Source of the DNA: a virus
Strand: one strand, 5' to 3'
Length of the DNA: 64,000 bases
Virus record (IMG/VR): IMGVR_UViG_3300045970_000455
Span: 1 to 64,000 of that record
The translations under genes and the position numbers were made by a program. The notes beneath the pieces were generated by a model. It searched no databases, had not been told where the DNA came from, and was given only the letters and a program-made list of their open reading frames with translations. Positions 17,305 through 25,394 of this stretch are shown in pieces (position 1 is the first letter of the stretch; each line of letters opens with the position of its first letter).

Positions 17305-18042
17305 TTAGGATTTTCCAGCAGGGAGAATAAAACTGTATTTCCCAATACCGGAATCGATGTCGATTTTTAATGCGCCCATATCAGAAAAACTCATTGTAGC
17401 AGAAGCTGCACTATCTGTTAGTTTCAGGATGCTAATAACTTGCGTCAGTGGATATGTCCATTGATGTTTCAATGAACCAGTTACATTTGTCTCAAATGGA
17501 ACACTTGTTCTATCTGTTGGTCCTGTGCCAATACTGAATTTAAGTGTGCCCTTATCAACAATAACAATAAACCGTTTTTCAACTCCACCAACAACACCAC
17601 AGTTATCGCTAAGTAACGCGATAGATTTCTTCGACGGTGTTATAACAATATCCCATGTTGCACCCTTAAATGGTGGAACCTTAACTTGTTCGTTAATCAT
17701 CGTTTCCGACATAAATCTATAGTTAGATACAAAGCCTTCTTTATTATCAAACACAACTTCAACAGGTACCGTTACTCCGTTACGAACTTCTGTTGCAATG
17801 CTAACAGAAGATCCTTCGTGCATACCAATGAATCCTTTTAGGATAGCAAGCCGCGATAGGCCAATAGTGCTGTCAATACCTGCGATTGGTTGATTCATGC
17901 TGCCGTATATGATAACAGTGTTATCTACGTCTTTTGTTTCTAACTTGGCATCAGATGCCGTACCTATTACCTTCACTGTCTCGATAAATCCGAGAGAACC
18001 GGTATGTTTAATGATATCTTTAAACTGATCAATGCTTGACAT
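17305..18042 (-). CDS. Sliding clamp (gp45-like)
   Basis: 245 aa, beta-rich, next to the polymerase, ends YSFILPA. Confidence 0.7.
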   Translation of the reverse strand: MSSIDQFKDIIKHTGSLGFIETVKVIGTASDAKLETKDVDNTVIIYGSMNQPIAGIDSTIGLSRLAILKGFIGMHEGSSVSIATEVRNGVTVPVEVVFDNKEGFVSNYRFMSETMINEQVKVPPFKGATWDIVITPSKKSIALLSDNCGVVGGVEKRFIVIVDKGTLKFSIGTGPTDRTSVPFETNVTGSLKHQWTYPLTQVISILKLTDSAASATMSFSDMGALKIDIDSGIGKYSFILPAGKS

Positions 18043-18081
18043 TCTTATTCCTTTATTTTTAAAATTGCTAACCTATCACAT

Positions 18082-18110
18082 AGTATACGACATTTTTTGC
18101 AAAATGTCAA
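18082..18110 (-). promoter_or_regulatory. Sigma70 promoter overlapping an inverted repeat
   Basis: TTGACA-N17-TATACT; GACATTTT-N4-AAAATGTC. Confidence 0.75.
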
Positions 18111-18115
18111 ACGTT

Positions 18116-21085
18116 TCAGATGCCTGTGAAGTCAAATAACGTAGTCAAATGCGCGTGTTGCTTTTGTGTCTTTGTAAGATCCCATTTAAGGCATCCTACC
18201 AAGTTTTCTACCTTTTTATCGACAATACCCTCTTCCATTCCTTCTGAATCAAATGGTAGAGATGTGAACCATTCTGGCAAATGATTTTCATCTACAGGAT
18301 AGGCAATAGATGTCATTCTATTATCTACAGTATCTTTCAGTTTGCACACAACAATCTTTTGACCGTCCACAATCCTCATTGCATGTTGGTCCATGTTTAT
18401 TTCTTTTAATCTGTTCCATGCAAGACTCGCTGTAACATGACCCGGTACATGAAGATTGCCGGATTTCACACCTTTTAGTTTCTTAAGTGCTGCATCCTCT
18501 AATACTTCTTTGTAATGCGTTAGTCTATTAACTGCGCGTGGTGTACCTTGTTGCCAGGGTTTCATATCTTCGAACTTTTCTTTGAACTTCCTAACTTTGT
18601 CAAGCACATATGTTTCGCCCTTGTCTGTCAATGTATCCATTAATATTTCTGATAAGAATTCCTGCACATACTTTGGCGTATCTGCTCGTTTTAAGTCAAG
18701 CCCCATAGCCTTAACTTTCCCGGGCTTATTTCCAACGTCAAGTCTTATACCATCCTTTTCATACATCAACACAGCATATCGTTTCTTAACAATATATAAT
18801 CCGCTTTCTGCTACCACTTCGCGTGAGCTTGCTATAACGCCCGTTGATCTCTTAATAGGTACATTTAACAATCCTAATAAGAACTCCGGGAATGTTGCAG
18901 ATACCATCTTAGCAAGATTATTATATAACTCCACTACGCTTTCTTTTGTCCATACAACTGTGCCCTGCTTAATCTCATCCTTTAATATAGGATATGCTGA
19001 AAAATAAGTAGAGTCAGTATCACCATAAACAATAGAATCTCCATAATGATCATATATACCTGTTATTACCTCGTTGGTTTTAGCAGCCATATGCTTTGTA
19101 ATGGTTCTACCTGTAAGAGTGGTAGATTGTCCAAGACGTTGATCAAAGAATCTACTGCCAGCGTTTAATAACGCGCCGTATGCTGAGTTCAAGTTAATCT
19201 TTTTAACAAGCTGCCTCTTATCCCAAAAACCAACTACACGTTTCAATGATGGTTGGTCTCTGCTTATTGCCTTTCCATCCTTCACTGTTAAGCTGTGTTG
19301 ATTCATATACTGGATTACACGCTTCTTATGTCCTTCCGATATTAGTTCTTGCAATTTCTTCGGTTTATAAGACTCGGTCTCTATGTAGGGATTAGCCTTA
19401 ATCTCTATGTCACTAATATCGCCTAAATCAAACAGATTTACAGGTACTTTAACGCCTTCTATCTTAGGGTTGTCTTCTAAAGACTGATAGTTAGTCATTA
19501 TGCCTTGTAATACCTTACGCTCGTTATACCATCTTGTAAGCAGTGATGGAATAACCCCGTTTATGTCTGTTCTAAAGATTGTACCGTTGGCGCTTATACA
19601 CCAAGTATTTTGATTACTGAAAATAAGCTCTCTTAACTCTGCACCAGTGATTTCGAATGAATCACCGTTTTCCATATCCAATATTAGTTTGTTACCAATA
19701 TCGCCGGAATAGAAATCTTCCATCTCTAACACATTAAATCTATCGTTCCACCACGATGCAAAGGTATATTTGTTTCCTTTGCTTTCATGTGCAGCAATAG
19801 CTTCGTTTGTTCTATCAAGCCTGATCTGCCCGACTATTGTTTCGGGACTCATGTTGAGTGTTCTAATAACCGATGGATACAAAGACTTCATGTCGGTTGA
19901 TCCTAACCACTTATGAAGTCCTCTCTTTGGTGTTGCTACCCAACCACCCGCTGCTCTAACTTCTTTCTCGTTAGCACTGTGCTTCTTATCAGGGCATACC
20001 ATATTGTTATGGTGTGCTTCCATCAACACATTTTGATCAGTTACAGCAACCGCACCCATTGTAGTTTGTATTAAAACACAACTTTGGTGAGCGATAGAGT
20101 TTGCTAAATCAATAAACTGTAGTTTCTTATCGAGCCTATCTAATAGACGTGTATCTTGTATGTTATATTCTAAAAACTTTTTAAAGTCGTCATTATACAA
20201 CTCGTCTAATGTGCCTTCATATTGTAGTTTTGTCTCACCCAGCTCTACGTCTGCAATAGCGTTAAGTGCGTAACTATGTCGTTCTTCGTAGTTATACTTC
20301 TTGTATAGTTGCATATAGTCGATTGATATTCTACCAATCAGGTCATATGTTTTTGCTTCTTGTCCGCCACGGTCAAATGTGCGTTCCTTTGGCATTTGTT
20401 CCCATAGGCACAATCTACGCGCTTCATTCTTACCAAGCACTTTCTTAATGCGATTTACCGTGTATGGAATATCATATGCTTCGCTGTTCCAGCCGCTTAA
20501 CACATCTGCGTCTTCGATAATATCTAAAAACGCCCTAAGCATGTCTGCCTCTTCTTTAAAGAGAGTGACATTGCCCACTTCTTCTGCTATTGCTTGCGCT
20601 TCTTCCCATGTTAGTGTTTCAGGTGGCACAGCAAAGCACACAATTTCGTCTATCCATTGCAGATGAACAGAAATTGCTGTTATGTAGTTGTTTGCCTCTG
20701 ATGCTTCCGACCAGCCGAGTTCTTTATCAAAGCTGGTTTCAATATCAAAGAATGCTACATTAAGTGACGGTACTTCACCCGCCGCATAGTTATGCTCTAA
20801 ACATCTAAAAACAGGATCAACATCACTTTCCCATTTTTTAGAGTTGCTTGATAGTGTTTTTAATATTTTCTGTTTTTCTATAAACGTATTCGGTGTTACT
20901 TTCTTTACCGAATCGCCATATATGGATTTAAACTGACCTCTTGGATCTGTTAAGTAAAAATGATAATCCGGCTGAAATTCTTTATATATCCGCTTACCGT
21001 TAACTCTTTCTACTATCTTTATTGTTTCGGAGTCGCCACCGCGCTTAAAAAATGAATCAATATACAAATCAGATGCCCCTACCAA
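18116..21085 (-). CDS. Family B DNA polymerase (gp43-like)
   Basis: Exo motifs FDIET, GWNSEAYDIPY, YNIQD; pol motifs DMKSLYPS, KINLNSAYG, YGDTDS, KKRY. Confidence 0.97.
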   Translation of the reverse strand: MVGASDLYIDSFFKRGGDSETIKIVERVNGKRIYKEFQPDYHFYLTDPRGQFKSIYGDSVKKVTPNTFIEKQKILKTLSSNSKKWESDVDPVFRCLEHNYAAGEVPSLNVAFFDIETSFDKELGWSEASEANNYITAISVHLQWIDEIVCFAVPPETLTWEEAQAIAEEVGNVTLFKEEADMLRAFLDIIEDADVLSGWNSEAYDIPYTVNRIKKVLGKNEARRLCLWEQMPKERTFDRGGQEAKTYDLIGRISIDYMQLYKKYNYEERHSYALNAIADVELGETKLQYEGTLDELYNDDFKKFLEYNIQDTRLLDRLDKKLQFIDLANSIAHQSCVLIQTTMGAVAVTDQNVLMEAHHNNMVCPDKKHSANEKEVRAAGGWVATPKRGLHKWLGSTDMKSLYPSVIRTLNMSPETIVGQIRLDRTNEAIAAHESKGNKYTFASWWNDRFNVLEMEDFYSGDIGNKLILDMENGDSFEITGAELRELIFSNQNTWCISANGTIFRTDINGVIPSLLTRWYNERKVLQGIMTNYQSLEDNPKIEGVKVPVNLFDLGDISDIEIKANPYIETESYKPKKLQELISEGHKKRVIQYMNQHSLTVKDGKAISRDQPSLKRVVGFWDKRQLVKKINLNSAYGALLNAGSRFFDQRLGQSTTLTGRTITKHMAAKTNEVITGIYDHYGDSIVYGDTDSTYFSAYPILKDEIKQGTVVWTKESVVELYNNLAKMVSATFPEFLLGLLNVPIKRSTGVIASSREVVAESGLYIVKKRYAVLMYEKDGIRLDVGNKPGKVKAMGLDLKRADTPKYVQEFLSEILMDTLTDKGETYVLDKVRKFKEKFEDMKPWQQGTPRAVNRLTHYKEVLEDAALKKLKGVKSGNLHVPGHVTASLAWNRLKEINMDQHAMRIVDGQKIVVCKLKDTVDNRMTSIAYPVDENHLPEWFTSLPFDSEGMEEGIVDKKVENLVGCLKWDLTKTQKQHAHLTTLFDFTGI

Positions 21086-21326
21086 TCTGCCCTAATAGAT
21101 CTTCGACTTCTTCAAAATCTGCTCTTACGTTATTTAGATTTGCCTTATGTGCAATCTTTATCACTTTATTGAGTTGAGCAGGTTTCACTTCCAACTCTTC
21201 GGCTATAGCCTTAACTGTTTCGCTAAGACCTACTTTTAGGTCTTCACATTCCTGTAATACCTGCACTCCGTCTGTTACCAGTTGTTTCAATCGTGACAAA
21301 TTTGCGTCTGATAGTTTCGATGACAT
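21069..21326 (-). CDS. Small helical dsDNA-binding protein (T4 DsbA-like)
   Basis: 85 aa, IAEELEVKPAQLNKVIKIAHK. Confidence 0.6.
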   Translation of the reverse strand: MSSKLSDANLSRLKQLVTDGVQVLQECEDLKVGLSETVKAIAEELEVKPAQLNKVIKIAHKANLNNVRADFEEVEDLLGQIGRGI

Positions 21327-21369
21327 AACTCTCCTTGATTTGTTGTGTGCTATACTTAGCAATAAAGTA

Positions 21370-21398
21370 AGTATAACTGTAATATTTTAGAAAGTCAA
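21370..21398 (-). promoter_or_regulatory. Sigma70-type promoter
   Basis: TTGACT-N17-TATACT. Confidence 0.7.
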
Positions 21399-21400
21399 TA

Positions 21401-21730
21401 TTATACAGCGAAACTCTGTCCGCAACCACATGTTGAGCTGCTGTTTGGGTTTTGTATTACAAACTGAGAACTCATTAGTTCTTCTTTATAGCTTACAGTA
21501 GATCCTACCAAATATTGATAGCTCATGGCATCCACAATAATAGTGACTCCGTCTTTTACTATTTCTGTATCATCCTCGGCTACTTCTTTATCAAAAGTAA
21601 AACCATAAGAAAATCCCTGGCATCCACCACCTTGCACAAATATCCTAAGTTTCTGTTCGGGGTCGCCGTCATCTATTATGAGGTCACGTATTTTGTTTAT
21701 TGCCGAATCTGCGAATACGATTGGTTCCAT
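21401..21730 (-). CDS. erpA: A-type Fe-S carrier ErpA/IscA
   Basis: [14 protein letters not shown]...TCGCGQSF. Confidence 0.92.
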   Translation of the reverse strand: MEPIVFADSAINKIRDLIIDDGDPEQKLRIFVQGGGCQGFSYGFTFDKEVAEDDTEIVKDGVTIIVDAMSYQYLVGSTVSYKEELMSSQFVIQNPNSSSTCGCGQSFAV

Positions 21731-22104
21731 TAACGTGTTTTCCTATAATCTGCTATGGCTGCTTTAACAGCATCCTCTGCCAATATGCTACAATGTATTT
21801 TTACGGGTGGTAGGGCTAATTCTTCCGCTATTTCTGAATTTTTAATAGTAGCTGCTTGACCTACAGTCTTGCCTTTAACCCATTCTGTCACTAAACTGGA
21901 TGAAGCAATCGCTGAACCACACCCATAGGCCTTGAACTTTGCATCAGTAATGATTTCATCTTCTACCTTTATTTGTAGGCACAAAACATCTCCGCATGCC
22001 GGGCTCCCTACCATTCCTGTTCCTACAGTAGGATCTCCCTTTTCAAACTTTCCAACATTACGAGGATTATTATAGTGATCCAACACTTTTTCGGAATATG
22101 CCAT
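21730..22104 (-). CDS. iscU: Fe-S scaffold IscU
   Basis: [37 protein letters not shown]. Confidence 0.96.
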   Translation of the reverse strand: MAYSEKVLDHYNNPRNVGKFEKGDPTVGTGMVGSPACGDVLCLQIKVEDEIITDAKFKAYGCGSAIASSSLVTEWVKGKTVGQAATIKNSEIAEELALPPVKIHCSILAEDAVKAAIADYRKTR

Positions 22105-22685
22105 TATAGCCTCCCGTAAGCATTACCTGTCAGTGGTTCGTTTGTTCCGTGATACGCTTTATCGTCATATCCGTGTATAGGAGATAATATACCTTCTCTT
22201 TCAGTCTTTGATTGTGTGTTATCTGTGAATCGATACATTTGGTCTGGCATAACACGCTTAAACCATTCTGCTACCATAGGGCGCACATCACGGTTAGGTT
22301 CCGTGTCTTCCAATATACGCAACTCATCCGAGAATGCATCATCCTTGATAATATCTTGCAAGAATACTTCTGCAACACACGCCGGAATAGGTCTTGACAT
22401 AATCTCTTCCACTAAGTCAAAATCTTCGTTTGATATAGGTAGCTTATGAATGGCTTCCATAACCTTTATTTCATTTATACTTTCTATTGTAGCTTTTAAC
22501 TCTGTATAATCTTTACGCAGTTCTTTTTGTAAAAGCCCTTTTTTCGCTTTCGGAGTAGATGGGTCGCCAATCATATCTACATATTTGTCCATGCGTTGTT
22601 GTAAGGCGTTTAGGTTGGCTATCTTCTTTTTAGATAGACTTTTATCGTTCATCCCCTTCGGTAATAATAGTTCTAAGATTTTCAT
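22104..22685 (-). CDS. Hypothetical, probable virion protein (MKILELL...)
   Basis: End of a late cluster. Confidence 0.65.
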   Translation of the reverse strand: MKILELLLPKGMNDKSLSKKKIANLNALQQRMDKYVDMIGDPSTPKAKKGLLQKELRKDYTELKATIESINEIKVMEAIHKLPISNEDFDLVEEIMSRPIPACVAEVFLQDIIKDDAFSDELRILEDTEPNRDVRPMVAEWFKRVMPDQMYRFTDNTQSKTEREGILSPIHGYDDKAYHGTNEPLTGNAYGRL

Positions 22686-23143
22686 TATGAATACACTATC
22701 ACAACAATACCACTACCACCGTTTCCACCCAGCGCTGATGCACCGCCCCAAATGTAACCGTTGCCGCCACCACCGCCACCTTGATTAGTTAAACCTGCTG
22801 CGCCAGGATTAGCAGCACCACTATTGCCCCCATCTCCGCCGCCTGTACCTGCTGTACCACCCAGGTGAAATCCATTATCGCCGGTACCGCCACCACCGCC
22901 ACCGCAACCTGTAAAAATATATCCTACCGCAGTGGATAAAATAGACATTCCTGCTCCACCATTCTTGCCGCTACCAGCAGATACGGCGCCACCGCCCCCG
23001 CCACCGTATTGATTTTCTAAACCAAGACCGCCATCGTTACCTTGGCCTACGTAGCCATCACCGACGGTGCCGCCATTAAAATAAGGTGTTCTGCCGCCAC
23101 CACTACCGCCTGGTTTTCCGCTTATTCCTGTACCTGTTGTCAT
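22685..23143 (-). CDS. C-terminal half of a glycine-rich adhesin domain
   Basis: GQGNDGG, GGGGGA, NQGGGGG, GGSGIVVIVY; GGAG SD. Confidence 0.8.
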   Translation of the reverse strand: MTTGTGISGKPGGSGGGRTPYFNGGTVGDGYVGQGNDGGLGLENQYGGGGGGAVSAGSGKNGGAGMSILSTAVGYIFTGCGGGGGGTGDNGFHLGGTAGTGGGDGGNSGAANPGAAGLTNQGGGGGGNGYIWGGASALGGNGGSGIVVIVYS

Positions 23144-23156
23144 TATTTACTCCGAA

Positions 23157-24149
23157 TTAGTTCACTGTGTCGGGTTCTTTCTTAAGATTATGACTTAACA
23201 AACCATTGTTCACGTATGTGTGAGCGTCCTTGACGGTGATCTTGATTACTTCGCCACGATTGTATTTTGAAACACTAACTACCGCATTCGGAACTGATGG
23301 TCCTATTAGCATATCACTTGGTTTGAGAAGCGACAGTTGAACCTGTGTACCATCAACCATGAACATCGGATGATTGAACGATGCCGTTAGTGTCCTGCCG
23401 TTTTCCATTGTCAGCACCCAACGATCGTTGACATCTGGTGTAACTGCCTCAACCTCGAACGAACCCCATACACCTGTTGTTTCGTGTCTTGTCCACACAT
23501 ATTGACCTGCTTGAAGCATGTCTGCTCTAACCCATGACTGATTGGCAAGAAGAATCATTTCCCATGGCGCTGGGCAACCGCCACTGCCGCCACCCCCGCC
23601 ACCCCCGAGGCCGCCACCAGATACCACTGTTGCTACATCGCCACCGCCACCCCCGCCGCCATATGCTATAGCGGTACTGTTAAACGAGGATGATACACCA
23701 TCTGCCCCCTGAACGTTGAGCCCTGATGCTGCGCCGCCTGCGCCTACGACAATCGGTATTACGGCCCCGGGCGTAACGCTTAGTGTTGTATGAACATAAC
23801 CACCTGCTCCACCTCCACCTCCACCTTCTAGTGTACCTATACTGCCACCTGATCCACCGCCACCTACTGTTAAAACTTCAACTGATGTAACCCCTGCAGG
23901 AACAGTCCAACTTTGGCTAGATGTAAATGTCTGGCTAAAATATTTAGATGCTCCGTGGAAGCTATCAAGACTAAGTGCTCCGCTTGTTGGTACAAAAGTG
24001 CTTGCACCGTGTGGTGATCCTTTTATAAACGACTTCACGTATGTCCCATTACGATACAGTTGTGACAAAGAAACGGGTGTGCCAGGTACTGAAAATTCAG
24101 TGCCTATAGCAGATAATGATATTGAGTTTGGATATACCGGTAATGTCAT
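23157..24149 (-). CDS. Tail-fibre adhesin: N-terminal docking domain, N-half of a Gly-rich domain, C-terminal Hint domain
   Basis: SISLSAIGTEF..SLSQLY; FTSSQSWTVPAGVTSVEVL; GG/CPAPW...TASFNHP...TYVNNGLLSHN. Confidence 0.85.
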   Translation of the reverse strand: MTLPVYPNSISLSAIGTEFSVPGTPVSLSQLYRNGTYVKSFIKGSPHGASTFVPTSGALSLDSFHGASKYFSQTFTSSQSWTVPAGVTSVEVLTVGGGGSGGSIGTLEGGGGGGAGGYVHTTLSVTPGAVIPIVVGAGGAASGLNVQGADGVSSSFNSTAIAYGGGGGGGDVATVVSGGGLGGGGGGGSGGCPAPWEMILLANQSWVRADMLQAGQYVWTRHETTGVWGSFEVEAVTPDVNDRWVLTMENGRTLTASFNHPMFMVDGTQVQLSLLKPSDMLIGPSVPNAVVSVSKYNRGEVIKITVKDAHTYVNNGLLSHNLKKEPDTVN

Positions 24150-24152
24150 GTT

Positions 24153-24518
24153 TTATCCTAATAACGGGCGAATAACTTCTACCCAACTAATCGTATTCTC
24201 GTCCCACTTATACACTTTTCCATCTACAGGCAAATCAACAGGTGCTGCCCACTGACATGTATTTTCATTTAATACCCAACTATTATATGGTTTTGGCGGA
24301 ATAAATGCATCCCTATCAGCATCATACTTAAATCCTATGCCTGCATAGTTCTTCCTAAATGGTGTTCCACCCAACTTATGCTCTCCGCATAATGTGTTGT
24401 AACTTGTTTGGAACCATGTGGCAGGATCGCCTACGGCACCAGAATCTATAAAATCTTGTTCAGCAACAATAACCTGTGTAACTATATTATTGTTATCTAT
24501 ACATGCATAATGGCTCAT
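24153..24518 (-). CDS. Tail-fibre-associated conserved protein
   Basis: QTSYN, FRKNYAGIG.YD..RDAFIPPKPY.SW motif; ATAAATA upstream. Confidence 0.7.
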   Translation of the reverse strand: MSHYACIDNNNIVTQVIVAEQDFIDSGAVGDPATWFQTSYNTLCGEHKLGGTPFRKNYAGIGFKYDADRDAFIPPKPYNSWVLNENTCQWAAPVDLPVDGKVYKWDENTISWVEVIRPLLG

Positions 24519-24566
24519 ATTTAAAATCCTCTTATTGTATTTATCATATTAGACACCACAGCCAAA

Positions 24567-24596
24567 AGAAAAGGGACCGTAGTCCCCTATCTTTTT
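24567..24596 (-). terminator. Rho-independent terminator
   Basis: GGGAC-TACG-GTCCC followed by a T-tract on the minus strand. Confidence 0.75.
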
Positions 24597-24604
24597 AGTT
24601 TTGT

Positions 24605-24970
24605 TTAGATACTAAACTGTTCAGCTACAGACTTAGGTACTAAATCCATATTGAGTTCTTTTGCCTTACCGATAACAGCCGGCAAAACAAAATACATGCC
24701 CGGCATTGCAACTAATGCAGCAAACGATGTTGCCTTCACGAGTTCTTTTGCCTTTTCATTTGCTGCTGCGATGTCCTTTGGTGTAGCATCACCTGTCATT
24801 GCTTTTTGATACACTTTTGTCATTTCTTGAGCATTTGCATACTCCGTGGTAACAATAGTTTGTACCTTTTCAAACACATCTTTTGCATCCTTTGGTGTCT
24901 TTGGGATTGCATCGAACATGTCGTTGATTGATTTGAGAAAAGCCTGAGGGGTTTTGATTGATGTAAACAT
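24605..24970 (-). CDS. Helical protein with hydrophobic hairpin (LETM1-like or phasin-like, uncertain)
   Basis: Monocistronic, AAAGGA SD, own terminator. Confidence 0.6.
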   Translation of the reverse strand: MFTSIKTPQAFLKSINDMFDAIPKTPKDAKDVFEKVQTIVTTEYANAQEMTKVYQKAMTGDATPKDIAAANEKAKELVKATSFAALVAMPGMYFVLPAVIGKAKELNMDLVPKSVAEQFSI

Positions 24971-25090
24971 TTTATTTCCTTTATATGAGTGCCACTATTG
25001 GCCACTATGCTATGTTCTGCCTCACTATGAGCACAGACTTATGCAGTATATTACTTATCAAAAAATGTTGCAACCGCACATTTTATTGGT

Positions 25091-25393
25091 TTAATCCTTA
25101 GTCTTTTCAATCTTATCGTCTTTATCCGCACCGCCCTCTTCCAAATATACCTTTGCTTGATGCGCTCTTGTAGTGTCTCTCGTATCTAAAAACTTGTTTA
25201 ATGTTTGAGACCCTGTACCGTATGCAAGATATGCGATAAAATAATCAACGCTCATTCCACCCAATAAAATAAGTTTCCACATAAACACTGTTGCGGCTAT
25301 TGCTACCACCATAGCAATAATCCTTGCATGTGAATATTGGCCTGTGGCATTATCCTTTATTGAGTCATTTAGGATTTTTACTACTCTATTCAT
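25091..25393 (-). CDS. Two-TM membrane protein, holin-like
   Basis: YSHARIIAMVV hydrophobic helices and charged C-tail. Confidence 0.5.
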   Translation of the reverse strand: MNRVVKILNDSIKDNATGQYSHARIIAMVVAIAATVFMWKLILLGGMSVDYFIAYLAYGTGSQTLNKFLDTRDTTRAHQAKVYLEEGGADKDDKIEKTKD

Positions 25394-25394
25394 T

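Noticed and set aside
19235-19490. Intein in the DNA polymerase
   Set aside because: No Cys/Ser start, no HN terminus and no Hint blocks.
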